Positions 25,177-37,034 are shown, numbered from the whole stretch's first letter. The stretch: DNA of 59,917 nt, filler included, from Sphacelaria rigidula (GCA_964200075.2; 10 parts of 10 records of this genome joined end to end with filler, not necessarily neighbours in it), one strand, 5' to 3'. Translations and numbers: made by a program. The notes: generated by a model from the sequence alone, not told the origin.

Positions 25177-25770
25177 TTAATTTTATCTTGCCATTTTCGT
25201 TTTGTCCTCTGGAACGGCGTGTGTCAACCTTTCGGTCAATAGAAAACAACAAACAGTAACAAAACGCCACCATGCCTTTCTTGTTATCTCGTCCCCGGAT
25301 GACAACACAGAGTAAAACGAAGGGGGGGTATTTCGTACCGCGGCACCAGAATATGTGAAATATATCTCAATTCAGAATTCCAAAACTGGAAGGTGAAAAA
25401 AATCGAAGTTTAGCCAAGAGAATCTCGCGTCTGTCCTGGGGTCAGCTCGGGGGCCTTTTCACTCCCTGGGATGACCCATGGGTGATCCATGGATACCCCT
25501 TCCCACTCAAAGGTATGCTGGAAAGAAATCCATTTCATATCTGTATAAAAATTTAGCGGTAGAATGAGTTACGGTTCAGCATGAACAGCAACGTAAGTAG
25601 AATGTACAATAGTACGAACGGGTTTAACCGTGAGTTAGATGAAGGGACAGGAACTGTTAATGTCAGAATAGTGAAGAGCTTGACTCGAAGAGTCTATAGC
25701 ATGAAGAGTTTGCGTATGCAGAGTTCATGGTCATGTAGTTCAAGTCGTACGGTTCAAAGTACGAAAGGTT

Positions 25771-26091
25771 TGTTGAGATAGGGCAGTTATCTGAGATACC
25801 CGCTCCTGATCGCTTTCTATTTTCTCCGCTTAATCAGGCCTATCAGCTTCTTGTTGGTTTCTGCGTGAATAAGGAAGCAAGCATTTTATTGTGTTTATTC
25901 GCCCACGTGAAGCGCCAACTGTCAACCATCATTTCTTCTTTCATTGCACAAGCCCGTGTGTAGTCAACACTGTGCAGCCTCTCTGCGAGCTCTCTTGTCG
26001 GAGCTGGGTTCACGTGCTGAACCGATTGTTCCTGTCAAGTTGACAGTCGAACATTGCGTATTGTACACAAGCCACAGCCATGCTGTCAACA
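25771..26091 (+). repeat. Putative 5' LTR of a Ty1/copia element (5' boundary uncertain)
   Basis: TGTTGA...TCAACA is followed immediately by GGTTTTGAGCCCC (26092-26104), which resembles the copia-type PBS GGTTATGGGCCC for an internal tRNA-iMet site. Confidence 0.55.
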
Positions 26092-27165
26092 GGTTTTGAG
26101 CCCCAAAACCCCACTACGGTACTGTACCGTAGTATGTAGCACCAGTTAACAGGACGTCACATCAGAGTCGTTCATCACTGCTGCATCAAGGCACTACTAC
26201 TGCAGCCCAGAGCGTGGTCGTCGGCCAGGAGTGTGGTCGAGAAGCGTGGTCGTCCCGTCTAGGAGCGAGGACTTGTGAAGAAAGTTGAGGTGAAGAAGTT
26301 GCGTTGTGAGAACTTAACAAAGACTAGTGTATCAGATGAATTCGGCTTGAGAGCCGTCTGTTACGCAAATCATCACAAGTATGAATAACTTTGATGAGGT
26401 GAACATTTTGAAGTGGAAATGCCATATGGAAATATTCGTGGACGATCCACGGCTAGATCAAGCGTGGTAGCAACACGTTCTCAAGGAGGGGACGTAACTT
26501 CAGAGGAAGACGAAAATAGTGGAAGATTTATCAATGAGGATGAAATAATCCAATACGATAGTGCGAATGAACAACTCTTAGACATACTCCATGTGACTAC
26601 GACAGGACCTGCAAACAGCTATCTGCTAGGGTTCGAACCACAGGGCTCTCCAGATGGTGAGAAAGTATGGGACGGATCGATCAAGGAATACCAGAACTCG
26701 TCTGAACAAAGGAAACGCATTATAATGAGAAAATTGGACGATTGGACCATGTCACAGGGGCAGTATCCTAACATCTTCCTCACACACGTGTATCAACTCA
26801 AAGATGAACTCATCTACAGGGGGGAAACAGTAACGGGCGAGCGTTTACCAGATATTTTCATAGAAAGGCTAACCGACGATTACATACCAATTGAACATAG
26901 CGCTGAGCGGGATCCTGATTTCAGCTTGATGCAGATCGAATCAACTATGCGCAACGTATACGTCAATTATATGGGTGGAGAATGTGCTATGTTTGCATCA
27001 CCACCCGTAGATTCGTATTTCGGATCCACCAAATCACGAAATAAATATTCCATTTGCGGGAAACCTGATCGCTTCATGCGTAACTGCAGATCAAGGAAGC
27101 AGCGTGACGATAGACAGCTAAAATGGTGTAGTCTATACAAAACAAATAAACATGAGAACACAGAG

Positions 27166-27399
27166 GAGCAATGCTACGGTAGGGGTGCACTTCTGGCGCG
27201 AAATCTTGTCTGGTTCAGGGGCTCCTAACGATTCTAGATGCATAAAAATATGGGTCAGGGCATCCCCGTTTGCAAATGTAGTCGGGATATCCCCAGCACA
27301 TTGAAATAGTAATCCTGACGTACTCTCACGTATTGATGAAGGGCTCCTAACAATTATAACTTCATAAAATATTTATGCACCCCTACAGTAGCATAGCTC
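27166..27399. mobile_element. Sola-like MITE A, 234 bp, inserted in copia gag
   Basis: 24-bp TIRs GAGCAATGCTACGGTAGGGGTGCA / TGCACCCCTACAGTAGCATAGCTC (22/24). Exact 4-bp TSD AGAG (27162-65, 27400-03). Excision restores ...KHENTE-CENQVNDGN. Confidence 0.85.
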
Positions 27400-28384
27400 A
27401 GAGTGCGAAAATCAAGTGAATGATGGGAACGCAAGTGGTGGCTTTGGAAACACTAGTAACAATCGCTACGGTAGTAACCGGAACAACAGTCACAACCGTA
27501 ATCGTAGTAACAATAACAACCTTTGAAACATACAGAACTACGGACGTGTCAATCAGGCGAATACAGCTACTACAACTCTCACTTCAACTACAGCACATAC
27601 GTACATCAATGTCCAGCAATCAAGTACACCTACTACAGCAACTGTCACGTTATCTTCTCCACCAAGCGGAGTTAGGTTTAAATTCCTTGCTGAGAACCGA
27701 ACAAAGATTCTCCTAATACGCATGTGGCAACCCCATTTACGATGGTGCTTGATAGTGGGGCCAGCAACCATTTTTGGATAGCCACCTACTTCCTAATACT
27801 GAAAGGGAGATGCTTGACTTCGTTAAGCTTGATGCGCCCATGTGCATATTAGTAGCAGGAAGACACTTGTTACAAGGCACAGGAAAATAAATTATTCAAT
27901 CATTGATTACTGACGTCAATGTTATTGAACGCTCTGTTCGTTTGCCCGTCGTCGTAGTTCCAGACCTAGGGAAGCAATGATTTTCTCCTTGCGAGGCCCT
28001 GAGCAAGGGTGTCTTGACCGTGCTTGCTACAAAGTCACAAATTGGTGTAGGTGATTTTAAACTCTCAATTACATTTAATAACGCTGGAACCTTACGTAAT
28101 ATTATCTTGAGAATTGCTCATCAAGACCCCGATAACTTCCATGGAACAGCAGTGGCAGCTACAACCATTTCTGGGGCAGTGAGTCATGGGGTTAGGTACT
28201 GCGTATTTCATTGAAGTTATTGATCTGGAACAGCTGGTAGGTCCTTCGATTAACTCAACTGTCGTATAAGCAGAAGTCTGGCACAAAAGACGGGGTCACT
28301 CGTCTGAACAAGTTATGCGTAGTGTCAAGAATATTCCAGAATCAGGCGTAAACTTTGAAGGCACACTTACCTCATATGACACTT

Positions 28385-28532
28385 GAGTCATCCTACGATA
28401 GGGGGGGGGAAGGTATTTGGTTGCACGAAAAAAGAGGCTCATAAGTGTAATTGAGNNNNNNNNNNGATCTGACTCGAAATTTCGAGCAACAAATGGCCCA
28501 AAATACACCCCCTCCCTATCGTAGGACGACTC
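28385..28532. mobile_element. Sola-like element B (interior collapsed to an N gap), inserted in copia integrase
   Basis: TIRs GAGTCATCCTACGATAGGG / CCCTATCGTAGGACGACTC (18/19). Exact 4-bp TSD ACTT (28381-84, 28533-36). Excision restores YDT-CTINKSTQQNH. Confidence 0.85.
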
Positions 28533-28769
28533 ACTTGTACGATCAATAAAAGTACACAGCAAAACCACCGGAAGACAACCAACTGGGACAACATCACCGA
28601 GCGTCTTCAACTTGTCAGCACTGATATTTTTGGTCCACTGACACCTACAGCAGTACAAGTAGGAGATTTCAAGTACCTGGCGAAATTTACTGATTATTTC
28701 AGTATATTAAAGGGGAGATTTGTCCAGAAAGAAGCAAACCGTCGTTTATTGCAAACATCGAATCGGCCA

Positions 28770-29910
28770 AAGAGGCGTCTATTGGTTCAGCCGCTCTTTT
28801 AGGGTCGCGGAGGAACAGTCAAATAGTCAGCCTCGTTTTTATTATTTCAGTCGCTTTTTGAGGGTCACGGAGGAACAGTTGAATAGTCAGCCCCAAGCGT
28901 TCACTTTGCGGGAAAGTCCACGGATAGTCAAAACAAGGAACGCAAATCACCGTAGATTGGAGACACAAAAGGTGGACAGAGAGAGCATAGGAGGAGTTGG
29001 GCCAGTTCGACAGGGGCCAACAAGTCGTATCGATTAGGTGCGCCTTTTGATCGATTAGGTGCGCAGGCCAACAAGTTTTGTCGATTAGGTATGAAGGAGG
29101 CGGGGCTGCGCAGGGGGGCCAGCTTCCGGGCTTGGCGCGAGGGCATCTACGTGCTTGAAAAGGTGGAAGGCGGCGGGGCTGCGCAGTGGGCAGCTTCCTG
29201 GTGTGGTGCTATCACATATACCGGTGTGTCTGGTCACTGTGGTATATCCGTACGCACTGTGAAACAGGCTGCCAGCTATCGGGAAGCAGCTACTGTCGAA
29301 AGTAAAGTTGCACGGTTTTCTGGCTCCATCGCAGACATCTGTGTATTGTCGTCCAGATCATCCCGAGCTGTCGAGTTGTGCTGGCTCAATCGCACACGTT
29401 TGTGCATTGCCGATTCCGGATCATCCCGGAGCTGTCGAGTTTGTTCGAAGTGCAGAAAACCTACTCTCATGTTGAATGTTTTCTGACTCACTCACACACA
29501 GGTGTGTGTATTGCCGCTCTGAGCCATCCTGGAGTTGTCGAGTTTTATCGAAGTGCAGAAACCCATCGTGCTGAACTAACCTCTCCAGGACATCCGAGAG
29601 GTTGCCGTCTGGTCAAACAGCGTGTTGCACATACTTTTCTCGAGCTTGTTTGCACATACGCTTCGCGACCCGGGCTGCCGAAAATGTTTTCGGGTTGCAG
29701 TCAAAAATGAGTTCCAAACATTTCAGCAGGCTGCTGACTCAATTACACTGTGTGATTGCCGTTTCGATTACCTATCGAAACTGTCGAGTAGTCTTCGAAG
29801 GGCAGAAGTCTGCGTAAAGAAATGCCTATGCTGAACCAACCTCTCAGGGAAATTCACAGGAGGTTGCCGTCTGGTCAGTTAGCGTTGCACACGTCAATAG
29901 CGTGTCTGCA
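28770..29910. repeat. Modular direct-repeat region that replaces the rest of the copia pol
   Basis: Contains 2x agggtc.cggaggaacagt..aatagtcagcc, 3x cgattaggt, 2x ggcggggctgcgcag, 4x tgtcgagt modules and 2x gaggttgccgtctggtca. Confidence 0.6.
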
Positions 29911-30010
29911 NNNNNNNNNNNNNNNNNNNNNNNNNNNNNNNNNNNNNNNNNNNNTTAATTAATTAANNNNNNNNNNNNNNNNNNNNNNNNNNNNNNNNNN
30001 NNNNNNNNNN

Positions 30011-31127
30011 CATCAACACTGAGTTTCGGTGTCCATATCAAAAATATGATCTCAGCATTGTCCAGAGATATCCAATATCTCGATCCACCTGGGCAACAAC
30101 CTTTCCTTGGGTACATGAATCGCTATCTGCATGACGGCCACGAACACTCAAAACATAAAAACAAAGGGGTATTTGAGTCATGCATAGGTCTCATGCCATC
30201 ATTTTTCAAAAGGCTTCTGCGTTTGCTTCCAAACATACTGAAGAATCGCTACTACCCGACGACCCTACTACCGTCGCTGTATCTTCGTTTTCTCCTGTAT
30301 TACAATCCTGAAAAGAGTGTCCCTTTTTTCCGCATCTCATACAATGTCGTTCCGGAGAGTCACGCGCGAAGTGTGCTGTTTGCTTCCGGCAAATCCAACA
30401 CCGCCTCTCCTTGACAGAACCATTTTTCACGCCCATCAGGTTTCGAATCCCCCGTATCTCCCGAGGTCCCTCGTAAATTCGTAAATTCCTTTTTTTTTTC
30501 CCGACTTCCCTTGCCACTTCACGGGGGTCCTGGCCAGTTTCCTGTGTCATGCGGAAATATTTCCCGTCTGTCACGTGAGGCGCTTATGAAAACTGCGGCA
30601 CTAACTCGTGTCAGGGAATCATCATCACGGAACAACGGCCAATTTTTCTCCTTACTGTCAAACTTCTCATCGAATCTTTCATCAACACGACAACAACTCT
30701 TCACGCCTAGATGAGGGTAGTAAGCCGGGGACTCCTCGTTCATACTTACTTAGGCGGATCCATCGCCGAGTGGTGACCGGACCCTTCCTGTTCCGGCACC
30801 GGAGACGGTGTGCCCTCCGTCGCCTGCCTCCCCCTCCTCGTCCGCTGCCGCTCCGGGGCCAGTGGACGATGTCCCGCGCACTAACTGGGACACCTTCATC
30901 GTCTTCAGCTCCGCCAGCTGCTCGGTGATATCCGCCATCGAGTCTTGGAAGCTGGTGACATTCTCTTTCACCTCCAGCATCTCTGTTGGAGACGATGTGT
31001 CTCCCTCGACGGCCGAGTGTCTTTCCGCAGTGTCTTTCCGCAGTGCTCCAGTCCGCCATCGGTCCCTTGGCCACAAAGCTCCCAAGTTGGGTAGGGGCTC
31101 TAGAGTGTTTGTAGCTTCGTGACCCCG
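30011..31127 (-). mobile_element. Second internal domain of the tandem gag-only LTR element (cut by the contig end)
   Basis: Colinear with 33344-34475. Frameshifted gag-like ORF with CWICRKQTAHFARDS and CMRCGKKGHSFQDC knuckles. Confidence 0.85.
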
Positions 31128-31458
31128 TGAGAGGATGGGGTGCAGACTCGACTCAGACAGTCGATCAATGGACACGACTGCGATAGTCGATCAATGGACA
31201 CGGCTGACTGCCGATCAAGATGAGGTAGAAATGTATATAAAGCTTTGTTGATGAAGAGGGAAGGAAGGGGAGTGGGCCCAGTAGGCGCCAAAGTCTCAAG
31301 ATGTGACAAGCACCACTTACGTATGTCTAGTCGCCAGCATCACAATATAAAGTCGTCCCGCGTAGGTTCCGGAACTCAAAACAGGTATGACACTAGACCA
31401 TTGTACCTTATCCCGACAAGGTGTATCTTACTGACCACCCCGGGCCATCCTACGAACA
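31128..31458 (-). repeat. Shared middle LTR, 331 bp
   Basis: The minus strand reads TGTTCGTAGG...CCTCTCA. It is preceded by a G7 polypurine tract (31459-31465) and followed by CGGGGTCACGAAG. Homologous to 34476-34805. Confidence 0.85.
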
Positions 31459-33538
31459 CCCCCCCATTGACCGGGTGTCAAATGGGAAGATTCAAAGATC
31501 ATACTCAGTGGACAGAACTACCTACCGGAAAAAGAACTCTTCCGCTCACGGCGCATTCAACAGGTGTATCCTCTCAAGAAATGAATTTCATCAGCAACCG
31601 TAAAACCACCGTAAATCCCGCAACTCGCCACTTCTTTCAACGACTATGGGACCAGCCAATAATCAAATACATCGGTACATTTCTTTTCACACCAATTAAA
31701 AAAAACAGGGATAGATGAGCTGTGTGTTTTATCACACTGTAGCTCCTGATGGTCAATCCGAGCGAAACGCAAGTCAAACTCTTCAACTGTACTGGCCCAT
31801 GCCCCTTACAATAGCGTGGGTAGTCGTACTTAGCATTCGAGTAACCTGCACTACGCACGCGAGACCAAGCTCCTAGGTAACATATATGAACCCACACAAC
31901 ACAGTGCAGTTGACAACTTTCGAAACTCGAATCACATGTTGCAAAATCCACTTCACAGTGAGTCAGCTGCCTACAGTACAAGAATCAAATTTCAAAATTC
32001 AAATTCAGCAATCCATACTACAGTAGTGCCTACGTCATCAAACCAAACTAGACACTCACTACATCTACTTAACCCCTTATTCCCCCTCGGTGACCGGCAG
32101 AGCAAAGCAGCTCAACGCCTCCAGACAAAACACACGATCAGCATCAGCCCCCCCCCAATTCTTGCTAATCAAAGTCTTCCCCCCCCCGCCTCTAGGCCAC
32201 GGGGAAGGAGTGCTGCATTTATCATCCTTCCCCCGTAGCGGGGAGATTTGCAGCGAGGGGCTGATCTTGATCCTGGTCGGTCACCGCCCTCCAAAACCAA
32301 CCGTCACCTCAATCACCAACCGATGAACATACCCTCACCACGTACCGTACTGTGGTGTCGCGTTACGGCAGTCGCGAACGCACACCCACATATTTTACGT
32401 GGATCCAACACTATTATTTCAACTCTTCACTTCTCGTTCACATACCACACATGGATCAAACGGCAGTTTGGCCGCTACCATCCTGGTTGCATGAAACAGT
32501 ACACTTTGCCTTTTACATGCCGTGCCAACATGTGTAAACCTGTATGGAATTTACCTGGCCAGCCAACCGAGCAACGACCAGCTCCCATATGGGTGATACA
32601 ATGCACTCTTCTTTAATCATGCTGTGCACATGAACCGCATCTCGCACATAACGTCAGCTCTATCTATTAGCCATCAAATATGGGTCACATGCGTTTTGCT
32701 GACCTGTAGCACAGGAATTTCATTTGTGCCCACAGTCACTCTTGCGGTATTATCATGATCAGGCCAAGCTACTAGTATTGCGCTATACTCAGTCCTTGCT
32801 CCTACCATAACAACGAAGTCTTATCAACCAATCCAGTCAAGAAGCCGATGCCTCGCGAATCCTACACCTCTCGGAATGATAACAACTTTTTCACTTAGAT
32901 GTCGAGTTTCGGAATCCACCTCAAATTTTGTGGTCTTAACCATCGTTCATCCGCATACCCCTCTGCGGAACATTTTACGGACATCACCCTCTAGTATAGT
33001 CAGACAATGGTGCCCCACGTGCCTGCACTCACGAAGGCGACGAACAAGGTTCCACCTCAACCAATCGAGAAAAGGTGTGGTGCCCTACAGTCCTGCGCTC
33101 ATCGGGATGGCAACAATGTTACACATAAGCGTTGAGTTTCGGCATCCATGTCAAAACATGTTCTCAACACTCTTCACGCACTTCACTCTAATTTTACCGA
33201 CACCGTTCCACAGTCAAGTCAAGTCGCGGTGCCCCACTCTCCTCACACTTACAAAAACGGCAGACGATCCTCTACTCATCAATCGAGTCAAAACAAGCGC
33301 GCAAAGCAAGTCTGCACTCATCGAGACAGAAATAATCGTCAAACATCAACACTGAGTTTCGGTCTCCATATCAAAAATATGATCTCAGCATTGTCCAGAG
33401 ATATCCAACATCTCGATCCACCTGGTCATCAACCTTTCCTTGGGAACATGAATCATCATCTGCATGATGGCCACGAACGCTCAAAACATAAAAACAAAGG
33501 GGTATTTGAATCATGCATAGGTCTCATGCCATCATTTT

Positions 33539-34407
33539 TCAAAAGGCTTCTGCGTCGGCTTCCGAACACACTGAAGAATCGCTACTACCCGACGACCCTA
33601 CTGCCATCGCGATATCTTCTTCTCCTGTATCACAATCCTGGAACGAGCGTCCCTTTTTTCCGCATCTCGTACAATGTCGTTCCGGACAGTCACGCGCGAA
33701 GTGTGTTGTTTGCTTCCGGCAAATCCAACATTGCCTCTCCTTCGCAGAACCATTTTCACGCCCGTCTAGCTTTGAATCCCCCGTATTTCCCGAGGTCTCT
33801 TGGATATCCGCAAATCCCTTTTTCGACTTCCCTTGCCACTTCACGGGGGTCCTGGCCAGTTTCCTGTGTCATACGGAAATATTTCCCGTCTGTCACGTGA
33901 GGAGCTTATGACAACTGCGGCACTAACTTGTGTCAGGGAATCATCATCACGGAACAACGGCCAATTTTTCTCCTTACTGTCAAACTTCTCATCGAATCTT
34001 TCTTCAACACGAAAACAACTCTTCACGCCTAGATGAGGGTAGTAAGCCGGGGACTCCTCGTTCGTACTTACTTGGGCGGATCCATCGCCCGTGGATCCTC
34101 GGAGAGGGCCTGATACAATCCCTACACTGCGTGGTGACCGGACCCTCCCTGTTCCGGCACCGGTGACGGTGTGCCTCCCGTCGCCTGCCTCCCCCTCCTC
34201 GTCCGCTGCCGCTCCGGGGCCAGTGGGCGATGTCCCGCGCACTAACTGGGACACCATCATCGTCTTCAGCTCCGCCAGCTCCTCGGTGATATCCGCCATC
34301 GAGTCTTGCAAGCTGGCGGCATTCTCTTTCACCTCCAGCATCTCTGTTGGAGACGATGTGTCTCCCACGACGGCCGAGTGTCTTTCCGCAGTGCTCCAGT
34401 CCGCCAT
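33539..34407 (-). pseudogene. Compact gag-like ORF with a coiled-coil-like segment and two CCHC zinc knuckles, frameshifted near 33841-33900
   Basis: Contains LQDSMADITEELAELKTMM, KFDSKEKNWPLFRDD and CWICRKQTTHFARDCPERHCTRCGKKGRSFQDC. Confidence 0.75.
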
Positions 34408-34475
34408 CGATCCCTTGGCCACAAAGCTCCCAAGTTGGGTAGGGGTTCTAGAGTGCTTGTAGCTTCGTGACCCCA

Positions 34476-34805
34476 TGAGAGGATGGGGTGCAGACTCGAC
34501 TCAGATAGTCGACCAATGGACACGACTGCGATAGTCGATCAATGGACACGGCTCACTGCCGATCAAGATGAGGTAGAAATGTATATAAAGCTTTGTTGAT
34601 GAAAAGGGAAGGAAGGGGAGTGATCGCAGTTGGGATCAAGGTCCCAACATGCGACGAGCACCACCCACGTATGTCCAGTCACGAACATCACAATATAAAG
34701 TCATCCCGCGTAGTACCCAGAACTCAAACAGGTATATCACTAGACTTTTGTACCTTACCCTGGCTAGGTGTATCTTACTGACCACCGCAGGCTATCCTAC
34801 GAACA
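34476..34805 (-). repeat. 5' LTR, 330 bp
   Basis: The minus strand reads TGTTCGTAGG...CCTCTCA, then TGGGGTCACGAAGCT. Homology to the middle LTR ends exactly at the TG. Confidence 0.85.
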
Positions 34806-36083
34806 GAGACAACCCTCGGCCTCCCGATCTTCGGGGGGCTGGGCAGCAATAACCCACCTGCCGGCACATGACAGATTGAGTATTTTTCTCCTGGTAACAT
34901 GATGACACTCTCTCCAGCGATTGGTAATCGCCGAACGAGGACACACAAAGGACACGGGCGAGGAGCCTCCTCGCCGTCGTTGCTCCTCCAGTGGTATCGT
35001 CATCGACACGCGTTTACACCGCATTCATTTGGCGCACCTAGTTACACCTACTCAACTGCGGCAAAAAAATTATTTGCGAAGATGTTTTCCCTTGCCATCA
35101 AGGATCTGTCGGGAAAAGATTTTCGGAAACAGAGCCCCCCCCCTCCCCACCTCTCCTGGGGGCAATTTTTCGAAAATTGTCATGACTTTGTTTTTTGCTC
35201 AATATCGTTGAAAAAATCGATCAAGTAACACTGAAAAAAACCAGAAAGTCTGGTGGGCTTTTGGAGGTCTGTATATTTGCTTCTGCTCCTTGCCTGCTCT
35301 GTCCCGATGACCTGGGATGCCGGCCACGCTCACACACATGTTCTGTATGCACACGAGCGCACGGTAGCGACAACCTGCAGCCAAAGTAGCAACCCTATCT
35401 TACGCCTCACCGAACTTGCCCGAGCTACTGGTAGGTACTCGAGGCACACGACACGGAACATGATCCCATAAATGTAATCATGGCGAGTGATGAGCTTGGG
35501 GGGGCGGTGTTGCGAATCTAGATGATACAGTCTATATTCATTGGGTTTGAATGAAGTCGTTGCAGCAAAGATGAGCGATACAACTTATGGCGGTTCAAGG
35601 AAATCACGAACCATGTATCTTTTTCACTGAGAGTACGTATTGTGTCTTGGTTTATAGTCTCCTTGTCCAAGTAACGTTTCAAGTAGGATAGTGCTGAAGT
35701 AGGGGTGTTGTCATGATTTGTCAATGACAGATACTCCTGGAGAGGATATAGGCCACGTAAGCTGAAATATATATATTATGTATTGTGTGCAAGATTGCAG
35801 TTGATTCAAGCTAAGGGCTGGCAAGGCTGCCACGTCAGCAGCAAACAGTGTTTTCGTGAGATTGAGAGTAGATGATGCGATTGAGAGTGGCTTTGATCAT
35901 TCGCTTTAAGTGNNNNNNNNNNNNNNNNNNNNNNNNNNNNNNNNNNNNNNNNNNNNTTAATTAATTAANNNNNNNNNNNNNNNNNNNNNNNNNNNNNNNN
36001 NNNNNNNNNNNNTTCATGCCACATTTGTTCACGTCTCGCATTTCCCCCTCTAGCCCGTCCCTTTCCCCCTTGTATAGCAATTT

Positions 36084-36430
36084 GGGGGGGGAGGGGTACT
36101 CATTCGTTGCTTGCCTTGGTCGTTTGACCATTGATCACGCATCCCATTCGAGACGGAAGGGAGGGGAAGGGGGGGGGGGGGTACTCATGGTTTTCATGCC
36201 GTAAGCCATAAGACCATTGGCATCGAAATCTTACCAAGAAAGCCGAGATGGAGCACTCTGGCTTCTCGCCGGAACAGGCTCGCAACCACCAAGCGCACAG
36301 CGCCGTGTTGTGTTCGGCAAGTCGCATCCCACTAAGATTGTTCCGTCGGAAAGTGCACTGATCATCTTTCATATGGATAATAGCGTCGAAGGAATTACTT
36401 CATTTTTCTGGTATCACCACTTCCAGGGCG
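36084..36430 (+). repeat. GGGGGGTACTCAT-head module followed by a partial long form of the same family (intronic or downstream of the gene)
   Basis: 36084-36160 matches 11745-11890 inverted. 36171-36430 matches 39423-39700. Confidence 0.7.
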
Positions 36431-36460
36431 GGGGGACGCTGCAAACACAACGCCACCTAC

Positions 36461-37034
36461 CTTTTTCTCCGCTAAGCTTCCAGCGTCCTCGAACCGGTGC
36501 CCGTTGTCCTCCCACCACCGCGCCGCCTCGCGCTCCGAGAACCGATCCGTATCGAACAACGCCGATATGACCTTCTCCATGTGCGGCGGGTCTTCCAATT
36601 TCCCCACCAACAAGCTTACCCCGGGCGTCCTCGTAACCCTGTCCTTCCTCTTGTACATGCTTGTGAGCAGAAATCGCGAGACGTCGCGCACCTTGTAGTA
36701 ACCCTTATCTCTGTCGTCTACTTTATAAAAGAACGATCCCTTTTCGAACGGCTCCTGTTCAGGTTCCCCGTCACCTTCCCCTTGCTTCCCGTCTGCCCCC
36801 CCCTCCTCGCCCCCCGCACCCCCGCCTACCCCCCCGTCATCACCAGCTTCTCCCGTTCCATTTTCACCGGCGTTGCTATTGCTGTTGTTGTTGCTGTTGC
36901 TGTGGTCGAGTCCATCATCGGAGTCATCTTCACCTTGCGGATTTGGGTGGTCTATCCCGTCGCCGTCAGCGTCTCCGAAGGTCATCGCTGGGGCGGTGGC
37001 GCGGCGTGGAGGGGAAGTTCCCAAACCTCCTGTT
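36461..37034 (-). CDS. Exon C of an unknown protein: acidic/Gly-rich linker plus a ~75-aa globular domain
   Basis: CAG| acceptor (phase 2), |GTAGGT donor, open frame. In phase with exon B. The domain reads KGYYKVRDVSRFLLTSMYKRKD...GVSLLVGK...VISALFDTDRFSEREAARWWEDNGHRF. Confidence 0.85.

Larger units (their letters stand above)
26413..28715 (+). mobile_element. Decayed Ty1/copia gag-protease-integrase
   Basis: Gag core (VWDGSIKEYQ...IMRKLDDWTM), knuckle remnants (ICGKPDRFMRNC; WCSLYKTNKHENTE-C), protease MVLDSGASNHF (~27740), WHKRRGH (~28280) and integrase LQLVSTDIFGP...KYLAKFTDYFS (~28605-28705). Protease-integrase order is that of copia. Contains stops, frameshifts and two insertions. Confidence 0.92.
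31128..34805 (-). mobile_element. Complete 3678-bp non-autonomous LTR retrotransposon carrying only a short gag-like ORF (TR-GAG/LARD-like)
   Basis: Order is LTR, TGG-starting putative PBS, gag-like ORF, ~2 kb with no recognisable intact pol, PPT, LTR. Confidence 0.8.

Noticed and set aside
27177..27388. Tc1/mariner MITE with a TA TSD
   Set aside because: The inverted repeat extends 11 bp further out to GAG...CTC with an exact AGAG duplication, and only that boundary restores the gag frame.
28770..29910. CRISPR-like repeat-spacer array
   Set aside because: The repeats are heterogeneous, imperfect and irregularly spaced. The context is eukaryotic and there are no cas genes.
33148..33900. 250-aa plus-strand ORF (paralogue at 30046-30414)
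   Set aside because: It is antisense to the zinc-knuckle gag, has no motif, and is interrupted by a stop in the other copy.
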